Source: a virus. From it: a stretch of DNA of 64,000 nt. The DNA lies in the IMG/VR virus record IMGVR_UViG_3300028400_000005, positions 1 to 64,000 of that record. The stretch is one strand, 5' to 3'. Of the stretch, positions 26,782 to 35,823 are shown piece by piece. The position numbers and the translations under genes were made by a program. The notes beneath the pieces were generated by a model. It had not been told where the DNA came from, searched no databases, and saw only the letters and a program-made list of their open reading frames with translations. Position 1 is the first letter of the stretch; each line of letters starts with the position of its first letter.

Positions 26782-28072
26782 CGAAGAGCGGCTGCGAGCC
26801 GTCACGTCGCGCCACCTCCTCCCCCGCCTCGGCGGCCGTCACCAGGGCCTCCAGCCGGTCCAGGTCGTAGGCGTCCTCACTCGTCTTCGGGGGTATGAGG
26901 GCCGGGTCCACGGCCGCCAGCCGCCCGATCAGCTCGCGCCAGCGGGCCACGACCTTCTCGGCGGTCTGGACGGTGTGCGCGGCCATCTCCTCATCGGCAC
27001 GCTCCAGCAGCTCCTTGAGGCTGTCCGTGGCGCCGCCCGTCGCGTACGCGATCAGCCACGCACGCCCCGGGCGCTCCCGGTACGGGGTGCCCTGCGTGAC
27101 GGCGTAGTAGCGCTTGCGCCAGTCGTCGGGGTTGAACCCTCGTTCCACCCGCAGGAGCTGGGCGTCGCTGACCTCCAGACCCTCGTCTTCGTCGCCGGCG
27201 ATGAGGGTCGTCTCGCTCACGGGCGGCGGGGGTTCGAGCGTGAGCGCCTGCGCCTCCTGGGTCGCCGCCTGCACGATGGTCGAGAACACCCGGCTGGTGA
27301 GGCGCATGGCCTTCGGGTCCGGGGTGCTCATCCGCAGCCCCCAGATGGGTGCGTTGAACCGCCCACCGTCAGGGGTGGTTGTGTTCTCGATCTTGGTGTA
27401 GAGCTCGAAGGGAATGCCCGCGATGCGCCCCCGCGTGATCTGGGCCGTCTGGTTGATCATGCTCAGGATGTTCCGGGCTCCGCGCGAGCTGGTGGTGCGC
27501 AGGCGGTAGTACCCGTAGCCGTCCGGGAAAACGATCATGGGGCGGCCGTCCTCATCCCACTCGGCGAGCAGGAAGTAGACGAACGTGGCCACCTTGCACT
27601 CCCGTACGGTGCGCTCGTATTCGGGGGTGCCTTTGAGGTACACCTCCCGTTTGTTGGCCCCCCGGATCACGGTGATCTGCTTGTCGTCACCGTAGGCGGC
27701 GAGCTTGGTTGCCGTGTAGTACACGTAGCGCTGGTGAAAGAACAGCGACGGGCGGTCGAACGGAAACGTGATGATGAGCGACTTACCGCCGCGGCGCTTC
27801 AGCGCCTCCACCAGGCCTGGGGCGCGCTCCGCGCCGTGCACGATGATCTTGCCGTCGCGGGACACGCGCGGGCGGCCGTCGCCCGTGCGCTCCCCGAGGC
27901 TGATCGTCGCCATTGCGTCGAGGTGGTAAGCCACGTCCTGCACGTCCATGGCGTACTGGTCCAGGACCGTGGCGGGCTCGGGGGTGTAGGGCGGCAGCAC
28001 CAGGTCTGGCGCGCCGTCGTCCTGGGGCTCCGCCGGAACCGCGTGTACGAGCTCTCCTGCGATGGGTTTCAT
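26774..28072 (-). CDS. Gp3-like (recombination-associated) phage protein
   Basis: ISLGER, YYRLRTTS..RNI and IAGIPFEL pattern, with a GGAGG RBS. Confidence 0.55.
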   Translation of the reverse strand: MKPIAGELVHAVPAEPQDDGAPDLVLPPYTPEPATVLDQYAMDVQDVAYHLDAMATISLGERTGDGRPRVSRDGKIIVHGAERAPGLVEALKRRGGKSLIITFPFDRPSLFFHQRYVYYTATKLAAYGDDKQITVIRGANKREVYLKGTPEYERTVRECKVATFVYFLLAEWDEDGRPMIVFPDGYGYYRLRTTSSRGARNILSMINQTAQITRGRIAGIPFELYTKIENTTTPDGGRFNAPIWGLRMSTPDPKAMRLTSRVFSTIVQAATQEAQALTLEPPPPVSETTLIAGDEDEGLEVSDAQLLRVERGFNPDDWRKRYYAVTQGTPYRERPGRAWLIAYATGGATDSLKELLERADEEMAAHTVQTAEKVVARWRELIGRLAAVDPALIPPKTSEDAYDLDRLEALVTAAEAGEEVARRDGSQPLFDA

Positions 28073-28136
28073 ACGTCCTCCTTTCCGTTGGTCTGCGTGT
28101 GCTGGGGGTGGACGGTGGGGGCGCGGCCGGGCGGCG

Positions 28137-28487
28137 TCATGCGAGCATGCCCCGGCAACGGCGTCTCAGGCACCGCGCCAGCGACCGCAGCACCGACTCC
28201 CGGTCGCGCTGGCGGTTGGTCTTGCAGATACGCCCGTCGCGGGCCTCGGCCTCGCCGTAGTAGCCGAGCTCCGTGTCGTAGCGCACGAAGTGACGGCGGG
28301 AAAGCGCGCGCACCTCCGCCTCGTGCGGGTTGGTGCCGATCCGGGCGTCGGCGAAATCCTGCGCCAGCTCGCGCAGCTCCTCATGCGTTCCCCGGGCGCG
28401 GTAGGTCCAACCCTGTTCCGTGGACCACAGCACCAGGGTCGCGTCGTTCCGAGGGCCCGTAATGGCCCACCCGATCGCCAGACCCAT
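28137..28487 (-). CDS. Hypothetical protein
   Basis: MGLAIGW start overlapping the upstream stop. Confidence 0.55.
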   Translation of the reverse strand: MGLAIGWAITGPRNDATLVLWSTEQGWTYRARGTHEELRELAQDFADARIGTNPHEAEVRALSRRHFVRYDTELGYYGEAEARDGRICKTNRQRDRESVLRSLARCLRRRCRGMLA

Positions 28488-28912
28488 CACTCGACCTCCC
28501 CGAACCCGAAGTCGCGCTCCATCGTGCGGCGCTCCAGGTCCTTCTTCCATTGCTCCCAGACGTTGAGAGCGCGCTTGCGGGCCTTGGGCGCCTCGACGAA
28601 GCCCACGACCCGGATGGTGAGCAGGTCCTCCTCCGGGCGCTCGATGGCGACGCGGATGCCGCCCTGCCGCAGGCGCTCCACCAGCGCCTCGATCTGCTTC
28701 ACGCGCTCGGGGCCCTCCTCCCGGCGAACCACCAACCCGCCGGTGCTGTAGAGCATCCCCGCGTCGTGCTCCTCGAGCACATGCTCATAGGCCGCGAACT
28801 TGGCGAAACACTTCGGCCCCAGGGCCCCGATGCCGGGAATCTCCCGCCCCTGGCCCTTGAGCAAGCGCCCGCACGCGGCACAACGGTCTCCGGCTTTTCT
28901 GGGTGTCTTCAT
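28487..28912 (-). CDS. DUF6011-like Zn-finger protein, first gene of an early operon
   Basis: CAACGRLL..GIG.LGPKC, with GGAGG before ATG 28912. Confidence 0.65.
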   Translation of the reverse strand: MKTPRKAGDRCAACGRLLKGQGREIPGIGALGPKCFAKFAAYEHVLEEHDAGMLYSTGGLVVRREEGPERVKQIEALVERLRQGGIRVAIERPEEDLLTIRVVGFVEAPKARKRALNVWEQWKKDLERRTMERDFGFGEVE

Positions 28913-28927
28913 GGCAACCTCCCACGT

Positions 28928-28961
28928 GTCCAGTTTATCGGACACGCGAGAAAGCTGTCAA
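28928..28961 (-). promoter_or_regulatory. Promoter (TTGACA / TAAACT) with operator GTCC-N8-GGAC (28928-28943)
   Basis: Seen directly. It drives the 28912-22782 early operon. Confidence 0.8.
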
Positions 28962-28979
28962 GCTGTACACCCTGTCTGT

Positions 28980-30002
28980 CTACTTGCTGGCCGCGGCGAT
29001 CAGCGCCTGCAGCTTCTCCTCGAAGTCGGGGTCCGCCTCAGCGCCGCGGTCGGTCGGGGTGCCGGCGTGCGTGACCAGGATCCAGCGGCAACGGCAATGC
29101 GGGTGCAGCGGGATGGCCGCGTGTTCGACGGGGTCGCGGCGGCCGATCGGGTTCTTGCCCACCCATACGTCGAGCTTGGGGTCGCCCGGGCCTGGGTGCA
29201 CCACCGTGAACCGCCGACCATGCAGCGCCCGGCACTTGTCGCAGGCGTCCCGGGCGGCGCTCCACTCCACCAGAGCCCCCTCGGGCAGGGCGGCGATGAA
29301 GCCGGCCGAGCGGTTGCGCGCCGTCTCGGTGAGGGCGACGCGCCGCCAGTCCCGGTTGAGGACTCCGAAGCGGTCGGCAAGTGCCCGGGCCAGGTCTATG
29401 GGCTGGCGCCGGTCCTCCTCCCACGCGTAGATCGTCTGCAGGATGGCGTGCCGAGTCTGGTCGTCCAGGAAGCGCACGTGCTCGGCAGCGCGCGCCCGCG
29501 CGAACTCGATGCGCGCCGCGTGGCGCTCGCCCAGCAACCCCGTGTAGCGCTCGAGCATCACCTCGGGCCGCACTCGCAGGGCGTAACCGCCCTGCACCAA
29601 CCCGACGATGTAGCTCGCCACGGCGCGCTGCTGCGCGCGTGTCTCGAGCTTGCCCCGCCCGTACCACTCCTCGGTGATCACGCGTACGAGGTCCCGGTAA
29701 GCCTCCGGGGGCACGTCCCCGGGGGCGTAGCCGGCCAGGCGCTCCTGGAAGAGGCGCTGCGCGCGCTCAAGGGCGCGCCGGCGCGCCTCGGCCTGGCTCG
29801 CCTTGGCCAGGGTCTCGACGTGGTACGTGGACCGGATGAGGTCGGCCGGCAGGCTGGGCAGCCCGAGCACCCGGTGCAGGTCGCGGTGGACATGGTACAG
29901 GTACGTGGTCCCCAAAGCGGTCATGGACCGCTCGAGGGCTGCCACCAGCGGGTCGGGGTCCGGGCTCCAAACGTCGCGCTCGGAGGCGGCCGCGGGCCTC
30001 AT
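28980..30002 (-). CDS. MuF / SPP1 gp7-like head morphogenesis protein
   Basis: RDWRRVALTE, ACDKC and PLHPHCRC. Confidence 0.85.
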   Translation of the reverse strand: MRPAAASERDVWSPDPDPLVAALERSMTALGTTYLYHVHRDLHRVLGLPSLPADLIRSTYHVETLAKASQAEARRRALERAQRLFQERLAGYAPGDVPPEAYRDLVRVITEEWYGRGKLETRAQQRAVASYIVGLVQGGYALRVRPEVMLERYTGLLGERHAARIEFARARAAEHVRFLDDQTRHAILQTIYAWEEDRRQPIDLARALADRFGVLNRDWRRVALTETARNRSAGFIAALPEGALVEWSAARDACDKCRALHGRRFTVVHPGPGDPKLDVWVGKNPIGRRDPVEHAAIPLHPHCRCRWILVTHAGTPTDRGAEADPDFEEKLQALIAAASK

Positions 30003-30577
30003 GCCTCTCCCCCATCGGGCACCCGCACCAGGCGGCCCTTGCGGGCGATCTCGACCAGCGTGCGCAGCTCCCGGCTCCGTGCCTCCGGCAGCGGCTCGCC
30101 CATGACGACGCGCCCTCGGAGCCTCCCCTCACGCGCCAGTCGGACGAAGGTCTCGGCGGGGATGCGGGTCATCCCCCCGTAGTAGCTCCGGGGGATGTGG
30201 GCGAGGTAGGCGGCCTTTGCCTCCCGTGCCGATCGGAACCCCAGCATTACCTTGTCCTCGTCGTGCTCCCCGGTGTCGGGCCGGACCTGGTGCACCACGT
30301 AGACGTAGCGCGCGTTCTCGTAGGGGCCTACGTACACGTCGAGGTGATCCGGCCGCTTCTTGCCCGGCTCGCGGTCCACGCCTTCCGTGCCGCGGATGTA
30401 GCCGTAGTCGTAGCGCATGAGGGTCTTGCCCTCACGCCCGTTTTCGTCGCGCCACGGGCGGTACTGCCCCTTCTTGGCCTCGATGCTGATCTCCAGCCCG
30501 CGCCAGCGGCGCCGGCCGGCGAGTGGGTACCCCGTCGCGTGCGCCTTGGCGAGACGCACCACCAGACGCGGCATCAT
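29999..30577 (-). CDS. Phage inorganic pyrophosphatase (InPase) domain protein
   Basis: YDYGYIRGTEG.D, DHLDVYVGP, VVHQ and DEDKVMLGF. Confidence 0.8.
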   Translation of the reverse strand: MMPRLVVRLAKAHATGYPLAGRRRWRGLEISIEAKKGQYRPWRDENGREGKTLMRYDYGYIRGTEGVDREPGKKRPDHLDVYVGPYENARYVYVVHQVRPDTGEHDEDKVMLGFRSAREAKAAYLAHIPRSYYGGMTRIPAETFVRLAREGRLRGRVVMGEPLPEARSRELRTLVEIARKGRLVRVPDGGEA

Positions 30578-32412
30578 TCGACCTCCTCCGGCCAGTCCTC
30601 GATGGCCGTCACGCTCACGGCCTTGGCGGCCAGGTCCTCATCGCCGCGGCCCGGAGCCCTGGGGACATGGTGCTCGAGGGCCCACTCCTCCTCATCGGGT
30701 GACGCGGGGCCCTCCTCTCCCCCGGCACCTTCGGGCGGCGCGCCTTCGCCCTCCTCTTCCGCCGGGGGCATACCCTCCTGCTCGGCCCCCGGCGGCACCT
30801 CGCCCCCCTGCGGCTCCGGGGGAACGCCCTGCGCCTGAGCCTGCTCCTGCTGCTCCTGCTGCAGCGCGAGCTGGTACACCGAGAGCAGCGCCGGGTTCAT
30901 GGGCGCGTTCGCCAGGATCGGCGACTCGGGCTCGGACTCGCCGCGGCTGCGGCGGAACTCGCCCAGCGTGAGCATCTTCTCCTCGTCAGCCTTGGCGAGC
31001 TGCTGGTCCTGCTCGAGCCCCGTCCAGTAGAGCTCGACCTCCGGGTCCACCGTGTACAGGATCTCGTTCAGCGTCTGCCCCAGGAACTGCAGCAGGGGCC
31101 ACAGGCCCTTGTCCTTCGAGCTCGCCAGCCGCTCCTCGGTGTCGGAGCCTGAAAGCGTTGAGGGCCGGGCCGAAAACGACTCGAAGTTGATCTCCTCCGG
31201 GTCCATCCCGTAGAGCGCCGCCTTGATCGCTACCAGGAACGTCATCCAGCGGGCAAAGTACATTTCGTTGAAGTCCTGCCCGATGGGCACGAAGCTCACG
31301 CCCGCGTTCTGCGCGTCGCTGGAGATCATCACCGGCATCCGCCAGCGGTTGCTGAGACCGGTGACGTAGGCGTCCCACTCCATGCGGAACTGCTCGATGT
31401 CCTGCTCGTTGAAGTCCCCCCAGACCGTGAGGACGCCCTTGGGGATGGAGTTATGCGTGAAGCCGCGCAGGTTGAGCGTCAGGGCGTTGACGAAGCCGGT
31501 CACGATACGGATCAGGTCCTCCGGCTCGGGCTGCCCGTACCCGAGCGCCAGGGCCTCCGAGCGCGGCCGCCTGACGCGGTAGAGCAGGTCGTCGTGCGTG
31601 TACCACGCCTGGACGCGCCCCTCGTGCGCCAGGATCGCCACGACCTCGGTAGGGTCGGGGATGTCCAGGCCGTACCGCTGGTGCAGGCTGGGCGGCTCGC
31701 GGTCCGTGGCGCCGTAGTTGGGGTCCACCAGGTAGACCATCCCGCCGTCCACATGCACCCAGCCGTGCGTGCGACCCGACGGGGTGGGGATCAGCTCGAC
31801 CGGTGCCGCGTCGAGCGTGAGGGAGTCCTGAAGGTGTTTCGAGGTCCAGTCCCAGAGGTTGTCGCGCCGCAGCGCGCGGCGCTTGCGGGGGTCGAACTCC
31901 GCCCCCGCGTTGAGGACGTACTGCTCGAGCCACGAAATCCGCGCACGGTCTTCTGGGGTGGTCTTGCGGTGCCGGTCGCGGAAACGGATGCGGTACCCCG
32001 GCTTCCACTCTTGCAGCGAGGGGCGCAGGAAGCGCTGGACCTGCGAAATGCGGGTCCAGATCACGCTTTTCAGGACCGGGTCCTCGCGTACGATGCTGCG
32101 CAGCTGCGGCCAGTCCAGGCCCACGGGGCGCACCAGCCACACCGTGCGCGCGTTGGGGTCCTCGAGGTCGAGGGACACCCGCGCCATGCGCTGCAGTTTC
32201 TGGCCGGGGATCTCCTTCGGGGCGAAGGCCTGCGCCCACCGCATGACCTCGTTTACGGGTACAGCTTTCGCCATGGGGGCAAGCTCTCGGGCAGCCGCCG
32301 CAACGGCCTCGGCGCGTTCGTCGGCGGGCGCGTCCGGGGTCGCGGCCACGCGGGCCGCGCCCAGGTACTCCTTCGTGGGGTCGTACAGGCGGCGCGCCTT
32401 GGGCTTCTTCAT
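30574..32412 (-). CDS. Portal protein
   Basis: YGQPEPE, NLRGFTHNSIPKGVL, YGMDPEEINF and SKDKGLWPLL resemble K-like portals. Confidence 0.88.
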   Translation of the reverse strand: MKKPKARRLYDPTKEYLGAARVAATPDAPADERAEAVAAAARELAPMAKAVPVNEVMRWAQAFAPKEIPGQKLQRMARVSLDLEDPNARTVWLVRPVGLDWPQLRSIVREDPVLKSVIWTRISQVQRFLRPSLQEWKPGYRIRFRDRHRKTTPEDRARISWLEQYVLNAGAEFDPRKRRALRRDNLWDWTSKHLQDSLTLDAAPVELIPTPSGRTHGWVHVDGGMVYLVDPNYGATDREPPSLHQRYGLDIPDPTEVVAILAHEGRVQAWYTHDDLLYRVRRPRSEALALGYGQPEPEDLIRIVTGFVNALTLNLRGFTHNSIPKGVLTVWGDFNEQDIEQFRMEWDAYVTGLSNRWRMPVMISSDAQNAGVSFVPIGQDFNEMYFARWMTFLVAIKAALYGMDPEEINFESFSARPSTLSGSDTEERLASSKDKGLWPLLQFLGQTLNEILYTVDPEVELYWTGLEQDQQLAKADEEKMLTLGEFRRSRGESEPESPILANAPMNPALLSVYQLALQQEQQEQAQAQGVPPEPQGGEVPPGAEQEGMPPAEEEGEGAPPEGAGGEEGPASPDEEEWALEHHVPRAPGRGDEDLAAKAVSVTAIEDWPEEVE

Positions 32413-32419
32413 ACCGGAC

Positions 32420-32442
32420 ACCCTAGGTGCTGCGGCCGTCGG
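32420..32442 (-). promoter_or_regulatory. Late-promoter motif
   Basis: ccgACGGccgcagcacc-TAGGGT-7 nt-ATG 32412. Confidence 0.7.
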
Positions 32443-33033
32443 TCAACGCATCCGCACTACCGTGAGGACGTTGCCGGCGCGGTCCACGAACAGGCCGTAG
32501 CGCACACCGCTCACGACGACCGTCCAAACGCCCTCCGCGGGGGGCTGTGGGCGCACGCGCTCCGCCTCGGCCACGGTAGCCGGGATGGCGTCGCGCAGCA
32601 GCCCCTCCAGCTCCTCCTCCGCGGCGCGCAGGGAGCCGCGCCCACCGAGCACGCGCTGGCGGTAACGCACCACCGCATGCCGGGTCAGGCGCGCCGGCGG
32701 GACCACGATCCTGGGCTCGGGGGCAGGGGCATGCACCACCAGGGTGTGGCGGTCGCGCACGGCCACGACCTGCGCCACCCGGTTGGCGGGCAGCGTGTAC
32801 CGGCCCGAGTTGTGCACCTCCAGGACGGCCTCCGCGTCCCCGTCGTAGGGATGCAGGTCCATGCCCGCAATCGCGCCGTCGGCGTCGTAGAACGGCGTGG
32901 CCACCACACGGTCGTTGCCGCGCAGGGAAACCCGCGAGCGAAGCTCGAACGGGCCCATGCGGTAGGTGTACAAGCGCCCCCTGCCGCGGTGCGCTCGCGG
33001 GACTCCACGGACCTCGACGGGTACGGCGATCAT
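32443..33033 (-). CDS. Hypothetical protein
   Basis: MIAVPVEV start overlapping the upstream TGA. The C-terminal part contains LTRHAVVRY. Confidence 0.6.
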   Translation of the reverse strand: MIAVPVEVRGVPRAHRGRGRLYTYRMGPFELRSRVSLRGNDRVVATPFYDADGAIAGMDLHPYDGDAEAVLEVHNSGRYTLPANRVAQVVAVRDRHTLVVHAPAPEPRIVVPPARLTRHAVVRYRQRVLGGRGSLRAAEEELEGLLRDAIPATVAEAERVRPQPPAEGVWTVVVSGVRYGLFVDRAGNVLTVVRMR

Positions 33034-33545
33034 TGCGCCATCACCTCCAGGTAGCCCCGCTTGACCCCGTACGCCAGCGCCGGCTCGTGCGGCGCGACGA
33101 GCACGTCCACGGTGCGCCGCCACCGCGGCGCCATGGTGTCCCACACCACCGCCTCGACGACGGTGCCGTCCTCCATGACGACCTTCACCCGCGCGCCGCA
33201 GCCGAGCTGCCGGAACAGGTCGCGCGATACCGCCACCTGGGTCCAGGGACTCCGCGTCGGCCCGCACGCGGAGTATTCCGGGTCGTGGTCCGTCTGCGAG
33301 GGGACCGCCTGGTAAAAGCTAATGCGCCGGACCTCGATCCGGCGCGTCGGGTCGTCCACGTCGGGGGGCGTGGCGGGTGGCTCCGGGACGGGAACCAGGG
33401 TGATGACGGTCGTGCTGTCGCCCGCCGCCTTGGTCCTGTCCGGGACCATCGCGAGCAGGGCCGATAGGAACGAGAGAATGGACACGGCCAGCACGACCAG
33501 AACCAGGAGGGCCAGAAGTCGGAGGGTGTACAGTAGGTTGTCCAT
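33030..33545 (-). CDS. Membrane-anchored 3D-domain (MltA-like) cell-wall protein
   Basis: N-terminal TM helix, then FY...QTD, VAVSRD and DTM..R..TVDV. Confidence 0.75.
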   Translation of the reverse strand: MDNLLYTLRLLALLVLVVLAVSILSFLSALLAMVPDRTKAAGDSTTVITLVPVPEPPATPPDVDDPTRRIEVRRISFYQAVPSQTDHDPEYSACGPTRSPWTQVAVSRDLFRQLGCGARVKVVMEDGTVVEAVVWDTMAPRWRRTVDVLVAPHEPALAYGVKRGYLEVMAQ

Positions 33546-33581
33546 GATTCTAGACTAACGAGCAAGCATTCAAGCTGTCAA
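33540..33581 (-). promoter_or_regulatory. Leaderless promoter (TTGACA / TAGTCT) with operator GTCC-N8-AGAC (33540-33555)
   Basis: The operator spans the start codon at 33545. Confidence 0.7.
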
Positions 33582-33645
33582 GGTTGTCTGTCCGCTTCCT
33601 CTACCCCTCGCGTTTGGCCACCCACCACCGCCGCAGCTACGCTGG

Positions 33646-33788
33646 GGGTGTGGCAGGGGCCCTACCCCCCTACGCCGAACCCGTGGCTGGATACCACGTT
33701 GCCGCCTGGCTGACCCCCAGGCCGGATAGGCGCAGGGGCGAACGGGCCCCGCCAACCCTGTAAAGGCGGCCCGCCTTGCGGCGGGCCG
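33646..33788. ncRNA. Candidate structured non-coding RNA (nested stems followed by a terminator-like hairpin)
   Basis: Four mutually compatible helices in a gene-free interval (see findings). Confidence 0.4.
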
Positions 33789-33800
33789 TTCCGGCTGTGG

Positions 33801-33859
33801 CCTTACATGGGCTAGGCCTCGGCGTGTAAGGTTTCAGGGGCGATAATCGCCCTTATCAG
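33801..33859. repeat. Dispersed element copy 2: CCTTACAT-N15-GTGTAAGGTT plus GCGATAA-N6-TTATCAG
   Basis: Seen directly. Confidence 0.8.
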
Positions 33860-34296
33860 ACCAGGGACACCTCAATCACCGTCCACTCCCCCTCGGCCCA
33901 GGGCCGCTCGGACGCTTCGCGCAACGCCCGCGACTTGGGGCTCTCCCACAGGACCGGCTGCCCTTCGTCGTCAAGCGGGCGGCGGTCCACCACCCAGATC
34001 GGGGTTCGGCCGTTGCGCAAAAGCGCCAGCGCCACCGAGGACGCGGTCTGCTCCTCGACGGGGCCGATCACCTCGTACCCCTCCCCCTCCTGGCAGCGCA
34101 CCGCGACGTACTGGGCCGGCTCGGCGTCGAAGCCGGGCTCCAGGAGCTCGGAGCAGCCGCTCTCCCAGCGGTACAGGGGGCCGCGGGGGTACTCGAACAC
34201 ATGCCTCACCGGCGGGAGCTCGGGGTGAAAGCGAAGGCTCCGGCGCGTGAAAAAGACCCTCCCGCTTATCTTGCGTCTGTCTCGTTTGCCGTCCAC
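33856..34296 (-). CDS. Hypothetical protein
   Basis: Leaderless GTG behind a TTGACA / TAGATT promoter. Confidence 0.65.
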   Translation of the reverse strand: MDGKRDRRKISGRVFFTRRSLRFHPELPPVRHVFEYPRGPLYRWESGCSELLEPGFDAEPAQYVAVRCQEGEGYEVIGPVEEQTASSVALALLRNGRTPIWVVDRRPLDDEGQPVLWESPKSRALREASERPWAEGEWTVIEVSLV

Positions 34297-34302
34297 GCCT
34301 GC

Positions 34303-34385
34303 AATCTAGCCCAGCGCCTAGGCATCTGTCAACCCCCGTTGACAAACCGCTGCATCTGTGCGTAGGATGGTCTCGCAATGGAGAC
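34303..34385. promoter_or_regulatory. Back-to-back promoters (TGTCAA-cccccg-TTGACA) with operator GTCT-N8-AGAC at 34370-34385
   Basis: Rightward TTGACA / TAGGAT and leftward TTGACA / TAGATT. The operator covers ATG 34378. Confidence 0.75.
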
Positions 34386-34812
34386 AAACGTCAAAGCGTC
34401 GGAAAATAGTCGCACTCCAACTGCGGCGATTCGTGTTACCGGGGTCAGACCCGGCCCCGACCTGCAGATGCGCGTCGGCCCACACGCCGGCTTCACCGCC
34501 ATCGCACGGCGTGACCTGGGGCGCTACTACGCGCTGCTCGACCACGTGCGCGACGGCATGCGTGGGCGCTTCACCGCCGATGAACTCGACGCGCTCGCGG
34601 ACCACCTCACCGCGACGCCCATGTTGGACCTCCCCGAAGCGCTGGCCGTCGTGCCCCACATTCTACTGGAGGCCGCCGAACGCGGCCTGCTCGACGAAGG
34701 CCTAGCCGAGCGGGTGCGGCAACTGACCCACGCGGAGCGCTGGGCGCTCGTGGACGCGGCCGAGGTGGTGTCCTCCGGCACGGCCTCCTGGGCCGATCTA
34801 GGGATGGTCTGA
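34378..34812 (+). CDS. Putative DNA-binding protein, paralogue of 44221-44682
   Basis: Shared ARRDL.RYY..L....G.R.RF and RVR.L..AER.ALVDA motifs. Confidence 0.7.
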   Translation: METNVKASENSRTPTAAIRVTGVRPGPDLQMRVGPHAGFTAIARRDLGRYYALLDHVRDGMRGRFTADELDALADHLTATPMLDLPEALAVVPHILLEAAERGLLDEGLAERVRQLTHAERWALVDAAEVVSSGTASWADLGMV

Positions 34813-34814
34813 TC

Positions 34815-35822
34815 ATGGGCAGCCTCCACGACGGCCGAATCAAAAACTTCTGGTGGGGACCCAACGCCCTGGTAGACGACGGGCATCTCGAGCGCATGGG
34901 TCCCCACGCCGTTTCGGTGTACGTGGCGCTGCTGCGCTACTCGGACAACGACCGCCGCTCGTGGCCCAAGGTCGAAACCCTGGAGCGCCTGACCGGCATC
35001 TCTCGCGCCCAGGTCTACCGCGCGCTCGCGCGCCTCGAAGAGCTGGGCTACGTATCCCGCGAGCGTGACGGCCGGCGCAACGTCTACCATCTGCTGCAGC
35101 TCCCCACGGCATCCCCCGCCGACCCGCCCGTGAAACAGGTCTCAGGCAGAGACGTTTCCAGCGAAAAGGTCTCAGAGGGAGACCCTTCGGGGGAAAGGGT
35201 CTCAGACAGAGACAAAAAGGGTCTCAGACAGAGACGTGTAAGGTCTCAGACAGAGACGTATGGTGACACCGAGAGCGCGCGTCCTGGACGGGAAAAACTC
35301 CCCCAAAATGCAGGCCGAAGAAAACAAATAGAAAAAGACCTAGGGAAGAAAACAACACAAGAAGAAGAAGAAGAAGAAGCGGCCGCTCACGAAAATCTCA
35401 GAAAGGAACCGCCCCCCTACGCCTCGGTGTTCGCCACCCCGGCCGCGATGAAGGACGCGGTGTTGCATGCGGCGCTGCGCGGTGCCCCCGAGCGCCGCAT
35501 CCGTATGCTGGCGGACCTCGTCGAGGCTGGGGTGTGGGAAAAGTTGCGCGCGCTCGCGCGCGAAAACCGCCGCGGCGCGCGCGCGTGGCACGACTGGCTC
35601 GATCAGCTGTCGCGGCAGCTCGAGGGCCGGCCGGACGGCCTCGAGCGGCTGCGCCAGGCTCTCGAGGCGCTTACCCCGGACATCGAACGCCCCTTTGCGT
35701 GGGTGACGCGGTTCCTGAGCACCGAGGCCCCGACGCCGGCGCCTAAGCGGGCGCCGGCGCGGAACGCAGGCGTAGGCGACGGCGTGGAAGTGGACATGCG
35801 CGGTGTGTACATGGAGGACTGA
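34815..35822 (+). CDS. Replication initiator (N-terminal wHTH, internal iterons)
   Basis: SWPKVETLERLTGISRAQVYRALARLEELGYV HTH, followed by a DnaC-like gene. Confidence 0.85.
   Translation: MGSLHDGRIKNFWWGPNALVDDGHLERMGPHAVSVYVALLRYSDNDRRSWPKVETLERLTGISRAQVYRALARLEELGYVSRERDGRRNVYHLLQLPTASPADPPVKQVSGRDVSSEKVSEGDPSGERVSDRDKKGLRQRRVRSQTETYGDTESARPGREKLPQNAGRRKQIEKDLGKKTTQEEEEEEAAAHENLRKEPPPYASVFATPAAMKDAVLHAALRGAPERRIRMLADLVEAGVWEKLRALARENRRGARAWHDWLDQLSRQLEGRPDGLERLRQALEALTPDIERPFAWVTRFLSTEAPTPAPKRAPARNAGVGDGVEVDMRGVYMED
35138..35257 (+). repeat. Five iterons GGTCTCAGACAGAGAC followed by an A-rich tract: lambda-type origin
   Basis: Copies start at 35138, 35168, 35198, 35220 and 35242. The A-rich stretch is about 35290-35405. 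Confidence 0.85.
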
Positions 35823-35823
35823 C

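Noticed and set aside
33646-33758. tRNA or other known RNA gene
   Set aside because: No TTCGA T-loop, acceptor stem or CCA was recognised. Kept only as an unclassified structured RNA candidate. No tRNA or rRNA was found in the window.
35138-35257. Repeats as a mini CRISPR array
   Set aside because: Units are 16 bp with 6-14 bp gaps, lie inside a coding initiator gene, and no cas genes are present. They fit iterons.
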